Shown one piece after another: positions 36,657-46,731 of a DNA stretch of 64,000 bases (within the stretch, counting starts at the first letter, position 1; every line of letters begins with the position of its first letter). Origin of the DNA: Bacillota bacterium (lineage in GTDB: Bacteria > Bacillota > Clostridia > Christensenellales > SZUA-584); assembly GCA_023461435.1 (NCBI GenBank), contig JAEYLC010000007.1:1127-65126 (forward strand), in the 5' to 3' direction. The position numbers and the translations under genes were made by a program. Below the pieces are notes generated by a model. That model saw nothing but the letters and a program-made list of their open reading frames with translations, searched no databases and was not told the DNA's origin.

Positions 36657-37421
36657 ATCGGCCGCCTTCACGTTGGGATGATGATATCTTTTGCGTTTCA
36701 CGGTAATATCGCCATAATCGATCGCCTGAGCCGGGCACCATTGGAGGCACGCGACGCACTGCTCACACTTACGGCCCCAAATGGGTTTATTGCCGTCGGG
36801 TGAAAGCCTGATGTTGCCCACAGGGCAGACCTTTTCACAGATCCCGCAGCCCGAGCAGGCATCCGATACCACAAAGCGCTCCCCCGTGCTGTAAAAGCCC
36901 GCGACGGTTTCCAGATTGCCCTTTTCGGTACGCCTTGCGAAAGCGCTGCCTTGCGGAATGTCCGTCCGCCTCCGCTCTTTGACACACTCAGCGATTGCGG
37001 CTGTTTTTTTAGCCGCGCGTTTGATTATGAAGTTCTGTAGCCCCTTCGGAAACGTACCGTATTTAAAGATATAATTTCCCGGCATCCACACACCATAGGC
37101 GGCACTTAATTTGCCTCCGTTTTTGCCAATGCAAACCTGAAGCTGTTTGTTGGGTGCGCCCATGCCTCCGCCATATGTCGCCACGCCATAAACGTATTTA
37201 ACGCCCGCGAGGTTAATCGCTTCCGCAAAACGTCTGACGGCTGTCGGCAGGGAATAATAGTACACAGGGTATACAAAGCCCACGGTCTCACAATCCTCAT
37301 CGACGGGCGCCGAAGCCGTGCCGATCGCTTCAATTCGCGTATCGCCAAGTCTTTTTGAAATATCCCGCGCTGCTGATAAGCTGTTTCCCGTCCCCGAGAA
37401 ATAATAGATGATGTTTTTCAT
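36642..37421 (-). CDS. EFR1-family ferredoxin (flavodoxin-like domain plus 2 x [4Fe-4S] motif)
   Basis: YYFSGTGNS N-terminus. CSGCGICEKVCP and CEQCVACLQWCP. The 3' end overlaps the convergent gene by 15 nt. Confidence 0.85.
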   Translation of the reverse strand: MKNIIYYFSGTGNSLSAARDISKRLGDTRIEAIGTASAPVDEDCETVGFVYPVYYYSLPTAVRRFAEAINLAGVKYVYGVATYGGGMGAPNKQLQVCIGKNGGKLSAAYGVWMPGNYIFKYGTFPKGLQNFIIKRAAKKTAAIAECVKERRRTDIPQGSAFARRTEKGNLETVAGFYSTGERFVVSDACSGCGICEKVCPVGNIRLSPDGNKPIWGRKCEQCVACLQWCPAQAIDYGDITVKRKRYHHPNVKAADLFRV

Positions 37422-37443
37422 TATAAACTCCTTTTCGGCTGGC

Positions 37444-38028
37444 TCACACAGCCAAGCCGTTTAAAATCAATGATAATGTGAACTCGATCTCGGACAGAAC
37501 TTCCGAGAACGCCTCCTCAGTGGACAGATGACAGTCCACCTTGCTTCTGACCGCTTCGGCATACATCAGCATGCTGGATGCCACCTTGCGGCTCTCACAG
37601 CTTTTCAGCTCGCCCTTCTTTATGCAGCAGTCGAGTATGCCCGAGAGATGCGTGATTTCCATATCAACTATACCGGCATACATATTGCTGAATAAAGGCG
37701 CAATCTTCTGGACGCTGTCCTCGCTCAGCTGGCTTAAGTTCAGTGAATCCCGGATAAAGATCATGCGTTCCCGGAAATAAGCATATATCTTTTCCCTGCA
37801 GCCCTGAGCCTTTAAGACGCGTTCCATGACGCCGTTTAAAAACGCTTTGGCCTCGGTGTAAATAACCTCCGTATAGATGCTCTCTTTGTTTTTGTAATAG
37901 TAATAAAGCGACGCTTTGTTGAGCCCGACCAGCTTTCCGATATCGTCAAGCGTGGTCTTTTCATAACCGTACCGCGCAAAACACTTGCCCGCCGCGTTCA
38001 GAATTTCCGTCTTTTTATCTGTTTCCAT
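37444..38028 (-). CDS. TetR/AcrR-family transcriptional regulator
   Basis: N-terminal HTH (TTLDDIGKLVGLNKASLYYYYKNKE). Confidence 0.88.
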   Translation of the reverse strand: METDKKTEILNAAGKCFARYGYEKTTLDDIGKLVGLNKASLYYYYKNKESIYTEVIYTEAKAFLNGVMERVLKAQGCREKIYAYFRERMIFIRDSLNLSQLSEDSVQKIAPLFSNMYAGIVDMEITHLSGILDCCIKKGELKSCESRKVASSMLMYAEAVRSKVDCHLSTEEAFSEVLSEIEFTLSLILNGLAV

Positions 38029-38047
38029 AGTTCACCTCATATTTTCT

Positions 38048-38082
38048 AACTATCAAACAAAATAGCATATCGTTTGATAGTT
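38048..38082. promoter_or_regulatory. candidate TetR operator (11-bp inverted repeat)
   Basis: AACTATCAAAC, 13 nt, GTTTGATAGTT, located 20 nt upstream of the TetR start codon. Confidence 0.45.
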
Positions 38083-38282
38083 TGTCAAGAATCAAATATT
38101 AAATAATAATAATCGATAAAACGTTTTATCGTGGGATGCTTCACTTCACTCACGTTCCGTTCAGCATGACAGATTGGAACCTTTCATCAAGCTGAGCCTT
38201 CCCCGGCCGGGGGAAGGCGGCGCGGGGCGCCGGATGAGGGGAACTTCGTCTGAGGCAGTACCGGGGATAATGCAAAATATAT

Positions 38283-38327
38283 AAAAAAAGAACTGCAACA
38301 GCTTTTAGACCGTTGCAGTTCTTTTTA
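38283..38327. terminator. bidirectional intrinsic terminator
   Basis: 12-bp stem AAGAACTGCAAC/GTTGCAGTTCTT flanked by an A-run and a T-run. Serves the S9 peptidase gene on the minus strand. Confidence 0.8.
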
Positions 38328-38345
38328 CTTCATTTATAATAATCC

Positions 38346-40373
38346 TCAGTCTCTGTTCGGGTCAACCTTGCTTTCCGATCTGCCGCCGAGATGCTCGGCG
38401 AGGAACGTTTCGACCGCCGAATAGAACGTCGTCATATCCTCCTTCGAATTAAAGCCGTGCCCGGTATTCGGGAACAGCAGATACTGCACATCGGCGCCCG
38501 CCTTTTTCAGCGCCTCCACCATCTGGTCGGACTCCTGCTGCGGCACGCGCACGTCGTTGCCGCCCTGAGCGATCAGCATGGGGATCTTCACCTGATCCGC
38601 ATAATACAGCGGCGACCGCGACTTCATGAACTCCTGCTCCGTATCCGGGTCTCCGAGGGCGTGGATGAGGTCCTGATACTCGACCGACCACATGGCGGGG
38701 ATCGAATCCACAAAGGTCAAAAGGCTCGACGGGCCAAACGCATCCACGGAGCACTTGAACACATCGGACGAAAACGCCGCGCCGATCAGCGCCTCATAGC
38801 CGCCGTAGGATTCGCCGAATATGCCCACACGGTCCTTGTCCGTCCATCCCTGATCCACAGCGTAGCTCACCGCATCGAGAATATCCTGATGCATGAGTCC
38901 GCCCCATTCCTTGTCTCCCGCATTTCTGAAGCTCTTGCCGTAGCCCGTTGAGCCGCGGAAGTTGACTTGAAGCACCGCGTAGCCGCGGTTGACAAGCAGC
39001 TGCACTTCCTCGTTGTAGCCCCAGCTGTCGCGCGCCCAGGGCCCGCCGTGCACGAGCACCACAGTCGGCAGACTTGTTCTGTCCGAACCGAGCGGAAACG
39101 TCACATACCCCTCAATTTTGAGGCCGTCGCCGGCGGTATAGCTGAACGGTTCCATCGGTGCAAAATCGTAATCCTCAAGCTCGGGCCGCGCGTTATACAG
39201 CTCTTTGGTTTCATGCGAGGCCATATCATACAAATAATAATCTGTCTGCGTCGTATCCGATGTATAGGCAACGATCCAGTATTCGTCTTGCTCGCTTGAA
39301 TCGACGATATCAAAAACGCCGCTTTCCAGCTTGCTCAGCACATCATAATCGTCCTGAAAGCTCTCATCGAGCACCTGCCATTTCACATAATCCGCATCCA
39401 CCGATACGGCCGTCACCTGATCGAGGTCAAGATCCGTCCATGTCCCGTAAATATCGTAATCGGGATCGTTGTAAATCCTTGCGACATCGCCCGTACTGAC
39501 ATCGTACGTGGAAAGCGTCACGGTATTGCTTTCAGCAGAATCCATGTAGAGCACGCGGTTATCGTCCTGCATAAACCCAAGCACGAAGCTCGTATCGGCG
39601 TCCTCATAATCCCACTGTATGATCTGCTGCCAATCCTTTTCGTTAAACTCCGTTTTTGTCTGATCCGGGTTTTTGTTCAGCCACACGTGCTGGCCCGCGC
39701 TGTCGTCGGTGCGCGTCACAAGGCGCAGCTTGCCCTGATGGTCGAAATCATAGCCCGTGATATCGCCGGGGTTTTGGAGCACAAGGCTCTTGTCGCCCGT
39801 CTTATAGTTCATCACATAGAGATCGAAAAGCTCCGTCTCGTTATTGAATATGCAAAGGTAAATCTCATCGTCGTTGGCCGGATTGTCCGACACATAATAA
39901 CAGTTGTTGTCACCGCCCGTCAGCAGCGTCCCCGTTTCGCCCGTTTTGACGTTGGAGGTATAGAGACCGTAATTCTCATCGCCCATATTGTCCACAAAGA
40001 ACAGCACCGTCTCACCGTCCGGCGCCCAAACGGCGTACGGCACCCCGTACACGTCGGGCCAGTTCACGGCGGCCTGATCTCCGGTCTGCCAGTTCAATAC
40101 CATGTAGTTGTCCTCGAAATCGGTCGAATGCCGGTATAGCACCATGCTGCCGTCCGATGATATCTGCGGCGCCGAGTACTCATCATAACCCATCAGCAAA
40201 TCGAGAGGGATCAACTCGCTGTTCTCATTGACCGGCAGCGTGGGCAGCTCGCCGGCTTCGCTCGGCTCGCTTTGCTCAAAAGGCCAATCAAAATGCCAGT
40301 TAAACTGGCAGCCTGTCAGCATAACAGTACACAGCAATAGGGTGATCACGATCGTCCATTTTTTTCTGGCCAT
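38346..40373 (-). CDS. S9-family (prolyl oligopeptidase/dipeptidyl peptidase-like) serine peptidase lipoprotein
   Basis: Lipobox LTGC, beta-propeller-like N-terminal half, nucleophile motif GESYGGY, C-terminal Asp/His region. Confidence 0.88.
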   Translation of the reverse strand: MARKKWTIVITLLLCTVMLTGCQFNWHFDWPFEQSEPSEAGELPTLPVNENSELIPLDLLMGYDEYSAPQISSDGSMVLYRHSTDFEDNYMVLNWQTGDQAAVNWPDVYGVPYAVWAPDGETVLFFVDNMGDENYGLYTSNVKTGETGTLLTGGDNNCYYVSDNPANDDEIYLCIFNNETELFDLYVMNYKTGDKSLVLQNPGDITGYDFDHQGKLRLVTRTDDSAGQHVWLNKNPDQTKTEFNEKDWQQIIQWDYEDADTSFVLGFMQDDNRVLYMDSAESNTVTLSTYDVSTGDVARIYNDPDYDIYGTWTDLDLDQVTAVSVDADYVKWQVLDESFQDDYDVLSKLESGVFDIVDSSEQDEYWIVAYTSDTTQTDYYLYDMASHETKELYNARPELEDYDFAPMEPFSYTAGDGLKIEGYVTFPLGSDRTSLPTVVLVHGGPWARDSWGYNEEVQLLVNRGYAVLQVNFRGSTGYGKSFRNAGDKEWGGLMHQDILDAVSYAVDQGWTDKDRVGIFGESYGGYEALIGAAFSSDVFKCSVDAFGPSSLLTFVDSIPAMWSVEYQDLIHALGDPDTEQEFMKSRSPLYYADQVKIPMLIAQGGNDVRVPQQESDQMVEALKKAGADVQYLLFPNTGHGFNSKEDMTTFYSAVETFLAEHLGGRSESKVDPNRD

Positions 40374-40526
40374 AGCAGCCTCCTCATTAAGACATTACCC
40401 TTATTATAACAGAACCTTATTCATGTCAATAAGAAAAAAATTATGAATATCTTAATAACGCGGCGGTTGTTCGGGACGTTGCAGGCATGGTATGATAACA
40501 TCATTATAAATAAAGGTGCATATTCT

Positions 40527-41813
40527 ATGAAACGTCTGTTATTATCTGCTTTTTGTATTTTCATTATATTTGCCGCAAGCTGCCAGGCTCAGGCCGAACC
40601 GGTTGCTGTCCCCGCCATACCTTCTCCCACATCCACACCCGAGCCGACGCCGGTGCCGATCAAAACGACACCGCCCGAGCCGACGCCCACGCCGATACCC
40701 GAACCGGTACAGGCCACCGTCGTCGTTGCGGGCGATCTTCTCTGCCTGAGCGCTCAAATCGCGGATGCCGACCAAGGGGAGCATTACAGCTTCGATGAAT
40801 GCTTTGCACCGATAAAAGACAAAATCTCCGCCGCCGACCTTGCCATCGGCAACCTCGAAACGCTCGTCGCAGAAGGACATTCTTTGACTCAGCCCAACCC
40901 GAAGGATGAAGGCTTAAGCGACGGCACATCAGTTGAGACGTCCGCGGAACCCATTGACGCAGCCCCTGCTACGGCAGACCCCGCTGCGGCTCCGTCTCCG
41001 ACCAAACGGCCAAGCCCGCGTATCAACGCGCCTGAAGCCTTTCTTGCCGCGCTGCAAAGCAGCGGATTCGACGTGCTGACCACAGCCAACAACCATATGT
41101 ATGACTACGGTGAAGACGGCCTTATAAAAACGCTGAATAAGCTCGACGAATATGGGTTTGCCCATACGGGCGCGTATGCGAAGGAGGCGGACAGAGCGCC
41201 GCTTATACTCGATGTGAACGGTATTCGCATCGGTGTGCTTGCTTACACGGACATACTCAATCACAGGCCGGGGAAAAGCAGCGCGTATATGATCGACCGG
41301 TTCAGCAGAAACCTTATGACCGCCGATATCGCTGCAACCAAAGAAGCCGGTGTCGATTATATCATCGTCTGCGTCCACTGGGGCGTCGAACATACGCATA
41401 AGCCGAACCATACACAGCGAAAAATCGCCGAGAATATCGCCGAAGCCGGTGCCGATATTATTCTCGGGAGCCACCCGCATTGCACGCAGCCCTTTGAGGT
41501 GATAGAGACGGATCACGGCGATGTGCCTGTGCTTTATTCCCTCGGCAACTTCGTTTCGAGTATGGCCGATACGAAGCACAAGGACGGCGTGCTCGTAAAC
41601 CTTGTGCTGGAGAAGGACCCGGCTACCGGTGACACCTCCCGCGTATCGCTGACTTATACGCCGACGTTATGCACACCATCCTCCGCGGCGAATTATACCG
41701 TTTACCCGGCCGACGCTGCGTCCATATCCCAAAGCGACAAGGCGCAGGCGCTGAAAAAGTCCCGTGAGCGCACCGTCGGAGTGCTCACGGAGAATGCGGC
41801 TGCCGCCGAGTAA
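40527..41813 (+). CDS. CapA-family (PGA_cap metallophosphatase-like) protein
   Basis: Signal peptide, Pro/Thr-rich linker, motifs VVVAGDLL, TTANNHMYDYG, VCVHWGVEH and LGSHPH. ATG 40527 is preferred over 40443. Confidence 0.82.
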   Translation: MKRLLLSAFCIFIIFAASCQAQAEPVAVPAIPSPTSTPEPTPVPIKTTPPEPTPTPIPEPVQATVVVAGDLLCLSAQIADADQGEHYSFDECFAPIKDKISAADLAIGNLETLVAEGHSLTQPNPKDEGLSDGTSVETSAEPIDAAPATADPAAAPSPTKRPSPRINAPEAFLAALQSSGFDVLTTANNHMYDYGEDGLIKTLNKLDEYGFAHTGAYAKEADRAPLILDVNGIRIGVLAYTDILNHRPGKSSAYMIDRFSRNLMTADIAATKEAGVDYIIVCVHWGVEHTHKPNHTQRKIAENIAEAGADIILGSHPHCTQPFEVIETDHGDVPVLYSLGNFVSSMADTKHKDGVLVNLVLEKDPATGDTSRVSLTYTPTLCTPSSAANYTVYPADAASISQSDKAQALKKSRERTVGVLTENAAAAE

Positions 41814-41873
41814 GGCATTGACAGCCGTCCGTATGACGGATATGCTTGAAAGCGATGCTATATATAAGGAAGA

Positions 41874-42536
41874 ATGATGAGCCAAACAAAACAATTTGAA
41901 TGTCCGGAGTGTCAGACGCCCGGACAGCATGCGATGGAAAAACGCGTCTGCATCACGAAATGTCCGGAGCTAAAAGAGGATATATTAAGCGGCTCGTATT
42001 TTGAGTGGTCTTGCCCGGGATGCCACCGGCATTTTTTCGTGGACGACGTCTTTTTATACAGCGACGATACGCACAAATTCATGGTCTATCTCGTTCCGGG
42101 GTATGATGAAGACACGCTGCCTGTCCCCACGCTGATCAAAACGGATGCGGATTACGATACGGCGCACAGCGTCCTGCGCGTGGCCGCCTCTTTTGTGGAT
42201 TTTACCGAAAAAGTCAGGATCCTCGAAGCGGGGCTCGATGACCGCGTGATCGAAGCTGTCAAGGCGATTTACGCATCCGTGCACAAAGACACATGGGTCG
42301 AGGATGTGTATAACATTCTGTTCGAGGGCATCGGCGACGGCGGCGAGCTCAACTTCGATGTATTCCTCGAAAAGGACGATTTTTCATTCGGCGTGCCGCG
42401 TGACATCTATGAGAAAACGCTTTCCGACTTTTCGTTTCTGCGCGATCAAAAGGAAGGCGAAGCGTTTTTGCTGATCGACCAGAACTGGCTCAACAAGAGG
42501 CTGAGCGGCGCTTCCGTAAATACGGAAACGGAATAG
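41874..42536 (+). CDS. CpXC-domain protein
   Basis: Two CxxC pairs (CPECQ and CPGCH) at the N-terminus, as in the CpXC family. Confidence 0.65.
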   Translation: MMSQTKQFECPECQTPGQHAMEKRVCITKCPELKEDILSGSYFEWSCPGCHRHFFVDDVFLYSDDTHKFMVYLVPGYDEDTLPVPTLIKTDADYDTAHSVLRVAASFVDFTEKVRILEAGLDDRVIEAVKAIYASVHKDTWVEDVYNILFEGIGDGGELNFDVFLEKDDFSFGVPRDIYEKTLSDFSFLRDQKEGEAFLLIDQNWLNKRLSGASVNTETE

Positions 42537-42589
42537 CTATATTTTTAATTGACAGCTTAGTGTTTCGTTGTTAGAATAATATTCGTCGT

Positions 42590-42666
42590 CTGGGTGTGGC
42601 GCAGCTTGGTAGCGCGCTTGAATGGGGTTCAAGAGGCCGGAAGTTCGAATCTTCTCACCCAGACCA
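42590..42666 (+). tRNA. tRNA-Pro (anticodon GGG)
   Basis: 77 nt folded by hand. The 7-bp acceptor stem CTGGGTG/CACCCAG has C1-G72. D-arm GCGC-AGCTTGGTA-GCGC. Anticodon arm CTTGA-ATGGGGT-TCAAG (T33, GGG, G37). T-arm GGAAG-TTCGAAT-CTTCT. A73 and an encoded CCA. Confidence 0.93.
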
Positions 42667-42667
42667 T

Positions 42668-42705
42668 AAAACAAAAGGGTATGTGTATACATGCTCTTTT
42701 GTTTT
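42668..42705 (+). terminator. intrinsic terminator after tRNA-Pro
   Basis: 10-bp stem AAAACAAAAG/CTTTTGTTTT followed by T-rich sequence. Confidence 0.75.
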
Positions 42706-42939
42706 ATATTCGGATATGATTTTGATTTCGACCTCTTGAACCCGCAGAGTGAGAAAGCGCGGAGCGTGAAGAAAACGTGCCAGTGGCACGTTTTTAGCGG
42801 AGCGGCGGCGGCAAAACCACAAATAACCCTTCACGTTTGGCATAATGGCATTGGAGGTAAGCTTGCTGCGCCGCGGCGAAAAAGAAAGACGGCACAGCTT
42901 ACTGCCGTGCCGCCGATGTTTGTCCAATGGGTAGGGGGG

Positions 42940-44496
42940 CTATATGCCCACCTTGACTTCTTCGAACTCTCTCTGTATTTCTTCGGAGGGCTTTTTGGTC
43001 AGAAGCGAAACCACGACGATACAGATGCAGGAGAACACAAAGGCGGGGAACAGGCAGTAGATACCGAAAACGCCGCCGAGCGGATTGAGCAGCAGTTTCC
43101 AGACAAAAACCATGCCGCCGCCGCCGATCATACCCGCAATGGCGCCCGCGTGGTTGATGCGCTTCCAGAACAGGCAGAACAGCATCAGCGGGCCGAAAGT
43201 GGCACCGAAGCCTGCCCATGCGAAGGACACCAGTGTAAATATGACGCTGTGCTCGTCCAGCGCGATGACGATGGCGATGAGCGCGATAGCGATAAGCGTG
43301 ATACGCGAGACAAGCATTACCTTTTTCTCCGAAGCTTTTTTATGGAACAAGCCCTGATAAATGTTCTTGGCAAAGGCTGAAGCCGCGATCAGCATATAAG
43401 AGTCCGACGAGCTGATGGTGGCGGCGAGTATACCCGCCATGGTGAAGCCGGCCAAAAGCGCAGGGAGCAGATTGGTGGACATCAGTATAAACACGCTTTC
43501 CGCCTGGCTGGCGGTGGTCAGTGCAGCGGGGAAAAGCATGCGCCCAATCAGCCCGATAAAAACAGCGGCAAACAACGAGATCACGCACCATACCGTGGCG
43601 ATGCGGCGCGATTTTGTCAGCTCCTTTTCTTTGCGGATCGCCATAAAACGCAGGAGCACCTGCGGCATGCCAAAGTAACCAAGGCCCCATGACAACGTGG
43701 AAATGATGGTCAGCAAGCCGTAAGGCGCCGCATCGCCGAAAACAGGCGCGCCGCTTGAAACCTGCTGAACACCGTCCACCACAGTGGGCGTGGCGATGCC
43801 GAACATGTCGAAGAACCCGGGCATGTTCTGGGCGTTGCTGATCACGGCACTGACGCCGCCCGCGGCATTGGTGCCCAGCACGAGTATGAGCACAAGCGCG
43901 CAGATCATGATGATCGCCTGCATAAAATCGGATGCGCTCTCGGCAAGAAAGCCGCCGACGACGGTATAGATGAGGACGAAGAGTGCCCCCACGATCATCA
44001 TGGAGATGTAGGGAGCGCCGAAGAGCGTGGAAAACAGTTTGCCGCAGGTCACGAGGCAGCTGGCAGCGTACACACAGAAGAAGACCAATATGAAAATAGC
44101 GCATATGGTCATGATAATTTTTTTCTTTTCTTTGAAACGGTTTGAGAAAAAGTCCGGAATGGTAATGGCGTTGCCGCTCTTTACGCTGTAGCGGCGAAGC
44201 CTTTTGGCTACGATCAGCCAGTTGATATACGTGCCGATCGCGAGGCCGATCGCTGTCCACATCGCATCAGCCAGACCGCACCAGTAGGCCACACCGGGCA
44301 GGCCCATCAGCAGCCAGCCGCTCATATCCGATGCTTCCGCGCTCATGGCCGCGACCCATGGGCCGAGCGAGCGTCCGCCTAAGAAGAAGGCTTCGGAGTT
44401 TTTGTTGGCGCGCTTTGCGAAGAACAGACCGATCGCGATGACGGTGGCCATGTAGATACACATGGCGATAAGAATTTGTATTGTGTTGGAATCCAA
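42940..44496 (-). CDS. putP: sodium/proline symporter
   Basis: SSF-family N-terminus FLGGRSLGPWVAAMSAEASDMSGWLLMGLPG closely matches the PutP signature. ~13 hydrophobic segments. Confidence 0.88.
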   Translation of the reverse strand: MDSNTIQILIAMCIYMATVIAIGLFFAKRANKNSEAFFLGGRSLGPWVAAMSAEASDMSGWLLMGLPGVAYWCGLADAMWTAIGLAIGTYINWLIVAKRLRRYSVKSGNAITIPDFFSNRFKEKKKIIMTICAIFILVFFCVYAASCLVTCGKLFSTLFGAPYISMMIVGALFVLIYTVVGGFLAESASDFMQAIIMICALVLILVLGTNAAGGVSAVISNAQNMPGFFDMFGIATPTVVDGVQQVSSGAPVFGDAAPYGLLTIISTLSWGLGYFGMPQVLLRFMAIRKEKELTKSRRIATVWCVISLFAAVFIGLIGRMLFPAALTTASQAESVFILMSTNLLPALLAGFTMAGILAATISSSDSYMLIAASAFAKNIYQGLFHKKASEKKVMLVSRITLIAIALIAIVIALDEHSVIFTLVSFAWAGFGATFGPLMLFCLFWKRINHAGAIAGMIGGGGMVFVWKLLLNPLGGVFGIYCLFPAFVFSCICIVVVSLLTKKPSEEIQREFEEVKVGI

Positions 44497-44705
44497 AATG
44501 TATTTCCTCCTATCATGTATTATTCGGGCGTGACATGAAAAAAGTCATGCGGTGCATGAACATTAAATACTTCACAGAAAGTTTACAATATCGGTCATCA
44601 TATTGCAATAATCATATGCAGGAAATCATTCACAAATGAATAAAATGCGCCGTGGTCAGACGGGATTGTCATTTGCGGCTTGCGCGCCCGACAAGTCTTA
44701 CGATA

Positions 44706-45089
44706 TCACTTCTGTATGATTTGAATCAGGTTGCCGCATGCATCATCGAAAACAGCGATTGTAACTTCGCCCGCTTGAGTTGGCTCCACCGTAAACTTCA
44801 CGCCTTTTTCCGTTAACCTTTCATACTCTTTGCGAATGTCTGCAACGCCGAACATTGTTGCCGGTATGCCGTCGGCAAATATCCTCTTTTGATATTCTTT
44901 TGCGGCGGGATGCTCATTCGGTTCAAGCAGCAGCTCAATACCGTCCTGATCTTCGGGAGAGACCACGGTGATCCACCTGAACTCTCCGGCAGGGACATCC
45001 TCCTTTTTTTCAAACCCCAGCTTTTCCGTATAAAACTCGAGCGCCTTTTGCTGATCATTTACGAATATACTCGTCACAATAATTTTCAT
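44706..45089 (-). CDS. VOC (glyoxalase/bleomycin-resistance fold) family protein
   Basis: ~127 aa. ATG 45089 follows GGAG by 9 nt. The beta-alpha-beta pattern (ALEFYTEKLGF...VKFTVEP) is typical of VOC proteins. Confidence 0.78.
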   Translation of the reverse strand: MKIIVTSIFVNDQQKALEFYTEKLGFEKKEDVPAGEFRWITVVSPEDQDGIELLLEPNEHPAAKEYQKRIFADGIPATMFGVADIRKEYERLTEKGVKFTVEPTQAGEVTIAVFDDACGNLIQIIQK

Positions 45090-45177
45090 GCTGTTTTTCT
45101 CCATTGATGTTTATTAACTCTGCAGCAATCGGGCTGCAGGCGTGTCACTCATTATTCTGCTTCCATTTCAAAATGGA

Positions 45178-45456
45178 TTACTTTATCCATCTTTCCAGCA
45201 AATTCTTCAGCGGCTGGCTATGATACACGATCACCCTGTATTTTCCGTTCCGTTTCGTGGCTGCCAGCCCTGCCTCCTCCAACACGGAAAGATGCTTGGC
45301 GATCGCCTGCCGCGAAATGGAAAGCCCGTGCTTCATTATGAGGCGCACCGTCAGCTCATACAGCGTCATTTCGTTGCGCTCGGACAGCTCGTCTATCATC
45401 AGCCGTCGGGTTGCGTCGCTGAGCGCTTTGAATACAGCGTCTTCGTCTTTGTTCAT
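45178..45456 (-). CDS. ArsR/SmtB-family winged-helix regulator
   Basis: FKALSDATRRLMIDELSERNEMTLYELT...ISRQAIAKHLSVLEEAGL. Confidence 0.8.
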   Translation of the reverse strand: MNKDEDAVFKALSDATRRLMIDELSERNEMTLYELTVRLIMKHGLSISRQAIAKHLSVLEEAGLAATKRNGKYRVIVYHSQPLKNLLERWIK

Positions 45457-45467
45457 AAATCAATTAT

Positions 45468-45514
45468 AAGCAACCATAAGGTTGCTTGTCAAGCATAAGC
45501 AATCACAAGGTTGC
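45468..45514. promoter_or_regulatory. two tandem palindromic operator-like sites upstream of the ArsR-family gene
   Basis: AAGCAACC-ATAA-GGTTGCTT (45468-45487, perfect) and AAGCAATC-ACAA-GGTTGC (45497-45514), offset 29 nt. Confidence 0.5.
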
Positions 45515-45545
45515 ATGATAAGCAGAAGCTTTTCAGCTGACTGAT

Positions 45546-45574
45546 GCAAAAATGGAAGCGATGGTCGCTTCCAT
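45546..45574 (-). terminator. intrinsic terminator downstream of kdgK
   Basis: 10-bp stem ATGGAAGCGA/TCGCTTCCAT. On the minus strand it is followed by TTTTG. Confidence 0.65.
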
Positions 45575-45688
45575 TCGTGCCGATACTGCGATGAATAAGG
45601 AACATCACGCCCCGTCCACATGCATCGGCTAAAATATGTTGACAAACAGCGGTTATGCACTGGTGTTTCTTTCAGAGCAACGCAGACG

Positions 45689-46717
45689 TTATCTTTGCAC
45701 CCGTCCCGATCCGTCGCCCGACATCAGCTTTTCCACCTCACCGACGGATACCCGGTTGAAGTCACCGGAAATTGAGTGCTTCAGGCAGCTTGCCGCTGCG
45801 GCAAACTCCAGCGCCTGCTGCCTGCTGCCGTAAGTAGTCCAGCCGTAAATCAGCCCCGCCGCAAACGAATCGCCGCCGCCCACACGGTCCACAATATCAT
45901 TGATGGCATACTTGCGGCTCAAATAAAACGATTCGCGGTCGTTAAGGCACGCCGACCATCCGTTGATATCCGCGCTCACACTCTCTCGCAGCGTGATCGC
46001 AACGGCTGCGAGATTCGGGTAGTCATCGAGCACCTTGCCGCTGAGCAACCGATAAGCCTTGACATCGAGCTCACCCTTCTCCACCTTGATATCCGCGCTG
46101 ATGCCGAGGGCCTTCTGACAGTCCTCCTCATTCGCGATGACGATATCACAACAACGAACGATCTCCGGCATGACATCGGACGCCTTTTCTCCGTATTTCC
46201 ACAGATTCTTTCTGAAGTTAAGATCGCAGGACACCGTGAGGCCCATTTCCCGCGCTTTTTTAACGGCCTGAAGCGACAGGTCCCTGGCATTTGACGATAT
46301 CGCGGGCGTGATGCCTGTGATGTGAAACCACTCGGCATTTCCGAAAACGGCTTCCCAATCAAACGCATCGGCAGCCGCCAATGCCAAAGCGGAACCGTCC
46401 CTGTCGTATACCACGCGCGACGGGCGCTGCGCCGCGCCGCACTCGAGATAGTATATGCCCATTCTTCCGGCATTTCTGGAAATAAAGCCGGTCTGCACAT
46501 TCCAGCGCCGCAGCTCCGCCACACAGCTGTCGCCAACCGCGTTGTCCGGCAAAGCGGTTACAAAGGCCGCGTCCATACCGAAATTCGCAAGCGACACGGC
46601 CACGTTGGCCTCGCCGCCGCCAAATGTGGCTTCAAAGGCGGGAGATTGAAAAAACCTTTCATGCCCCGGGGCTTTGAGCCTCAGCATGATCTCTCCAAAA
46701 GTGATTATTTTTTTCAT
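45689..46717 (-). CDS. kdgK: 2-dehydro-3-deoxygluconokinase (PfkB family)
   Basis: [12 protein letters not shown]-terminal motif and [13 protein letters not shown]-terminal motif. Adjacent to a KDPG aldolase gene. Confidence 0.82.
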   Translation of the reverse strand: MKKIITFGEIMLRLKAPGHERFFQSPAFEATFGGGEANVAVSLANFGMDAAFVTALPDNAVGDSCVAELRRWNVQTGFISRNAGRMGIYYLECGAAQRPSRVVYDRDGSALALAAADAFDWEAVFGNAEWFHITGITPAISSNARDLSLQAVKKAREMGLTVSCDLNFRKNLWKYGEKASDVMPEIVRCCDIVIANEEDCQKALGISADIKVEKGELDVKAYRLLSGKVLDDYPNLAAVAITLRESVSADINGWSACLNDRESFYLSRKYAINDIVDRVGGGDSFAAGLIYGWTTYGSRQQALEFAAAASCLKHSISGDFNRVSVGEVEKLMSGDGSGRVQR

Positions 46718-46731
46718 CGCGCTCTCTCTTT

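Noticed and set aside
42590-42939. tRNA-Pro 3' flank as a possible integration site. About 230 nt of non-coding DNA with two hairpins lie between the tRNA and putP.
   Set aside because: No integrase is present, no repeat of the tRNA 3' end occurs in the window, and composition does not shift. The hairpins are explained as terminators: AAAACGTGC/GCACGTTTT, and ACGGCA/TGCCGT for putP. The tRNA-Pro/putP adjacency looks coincidental.
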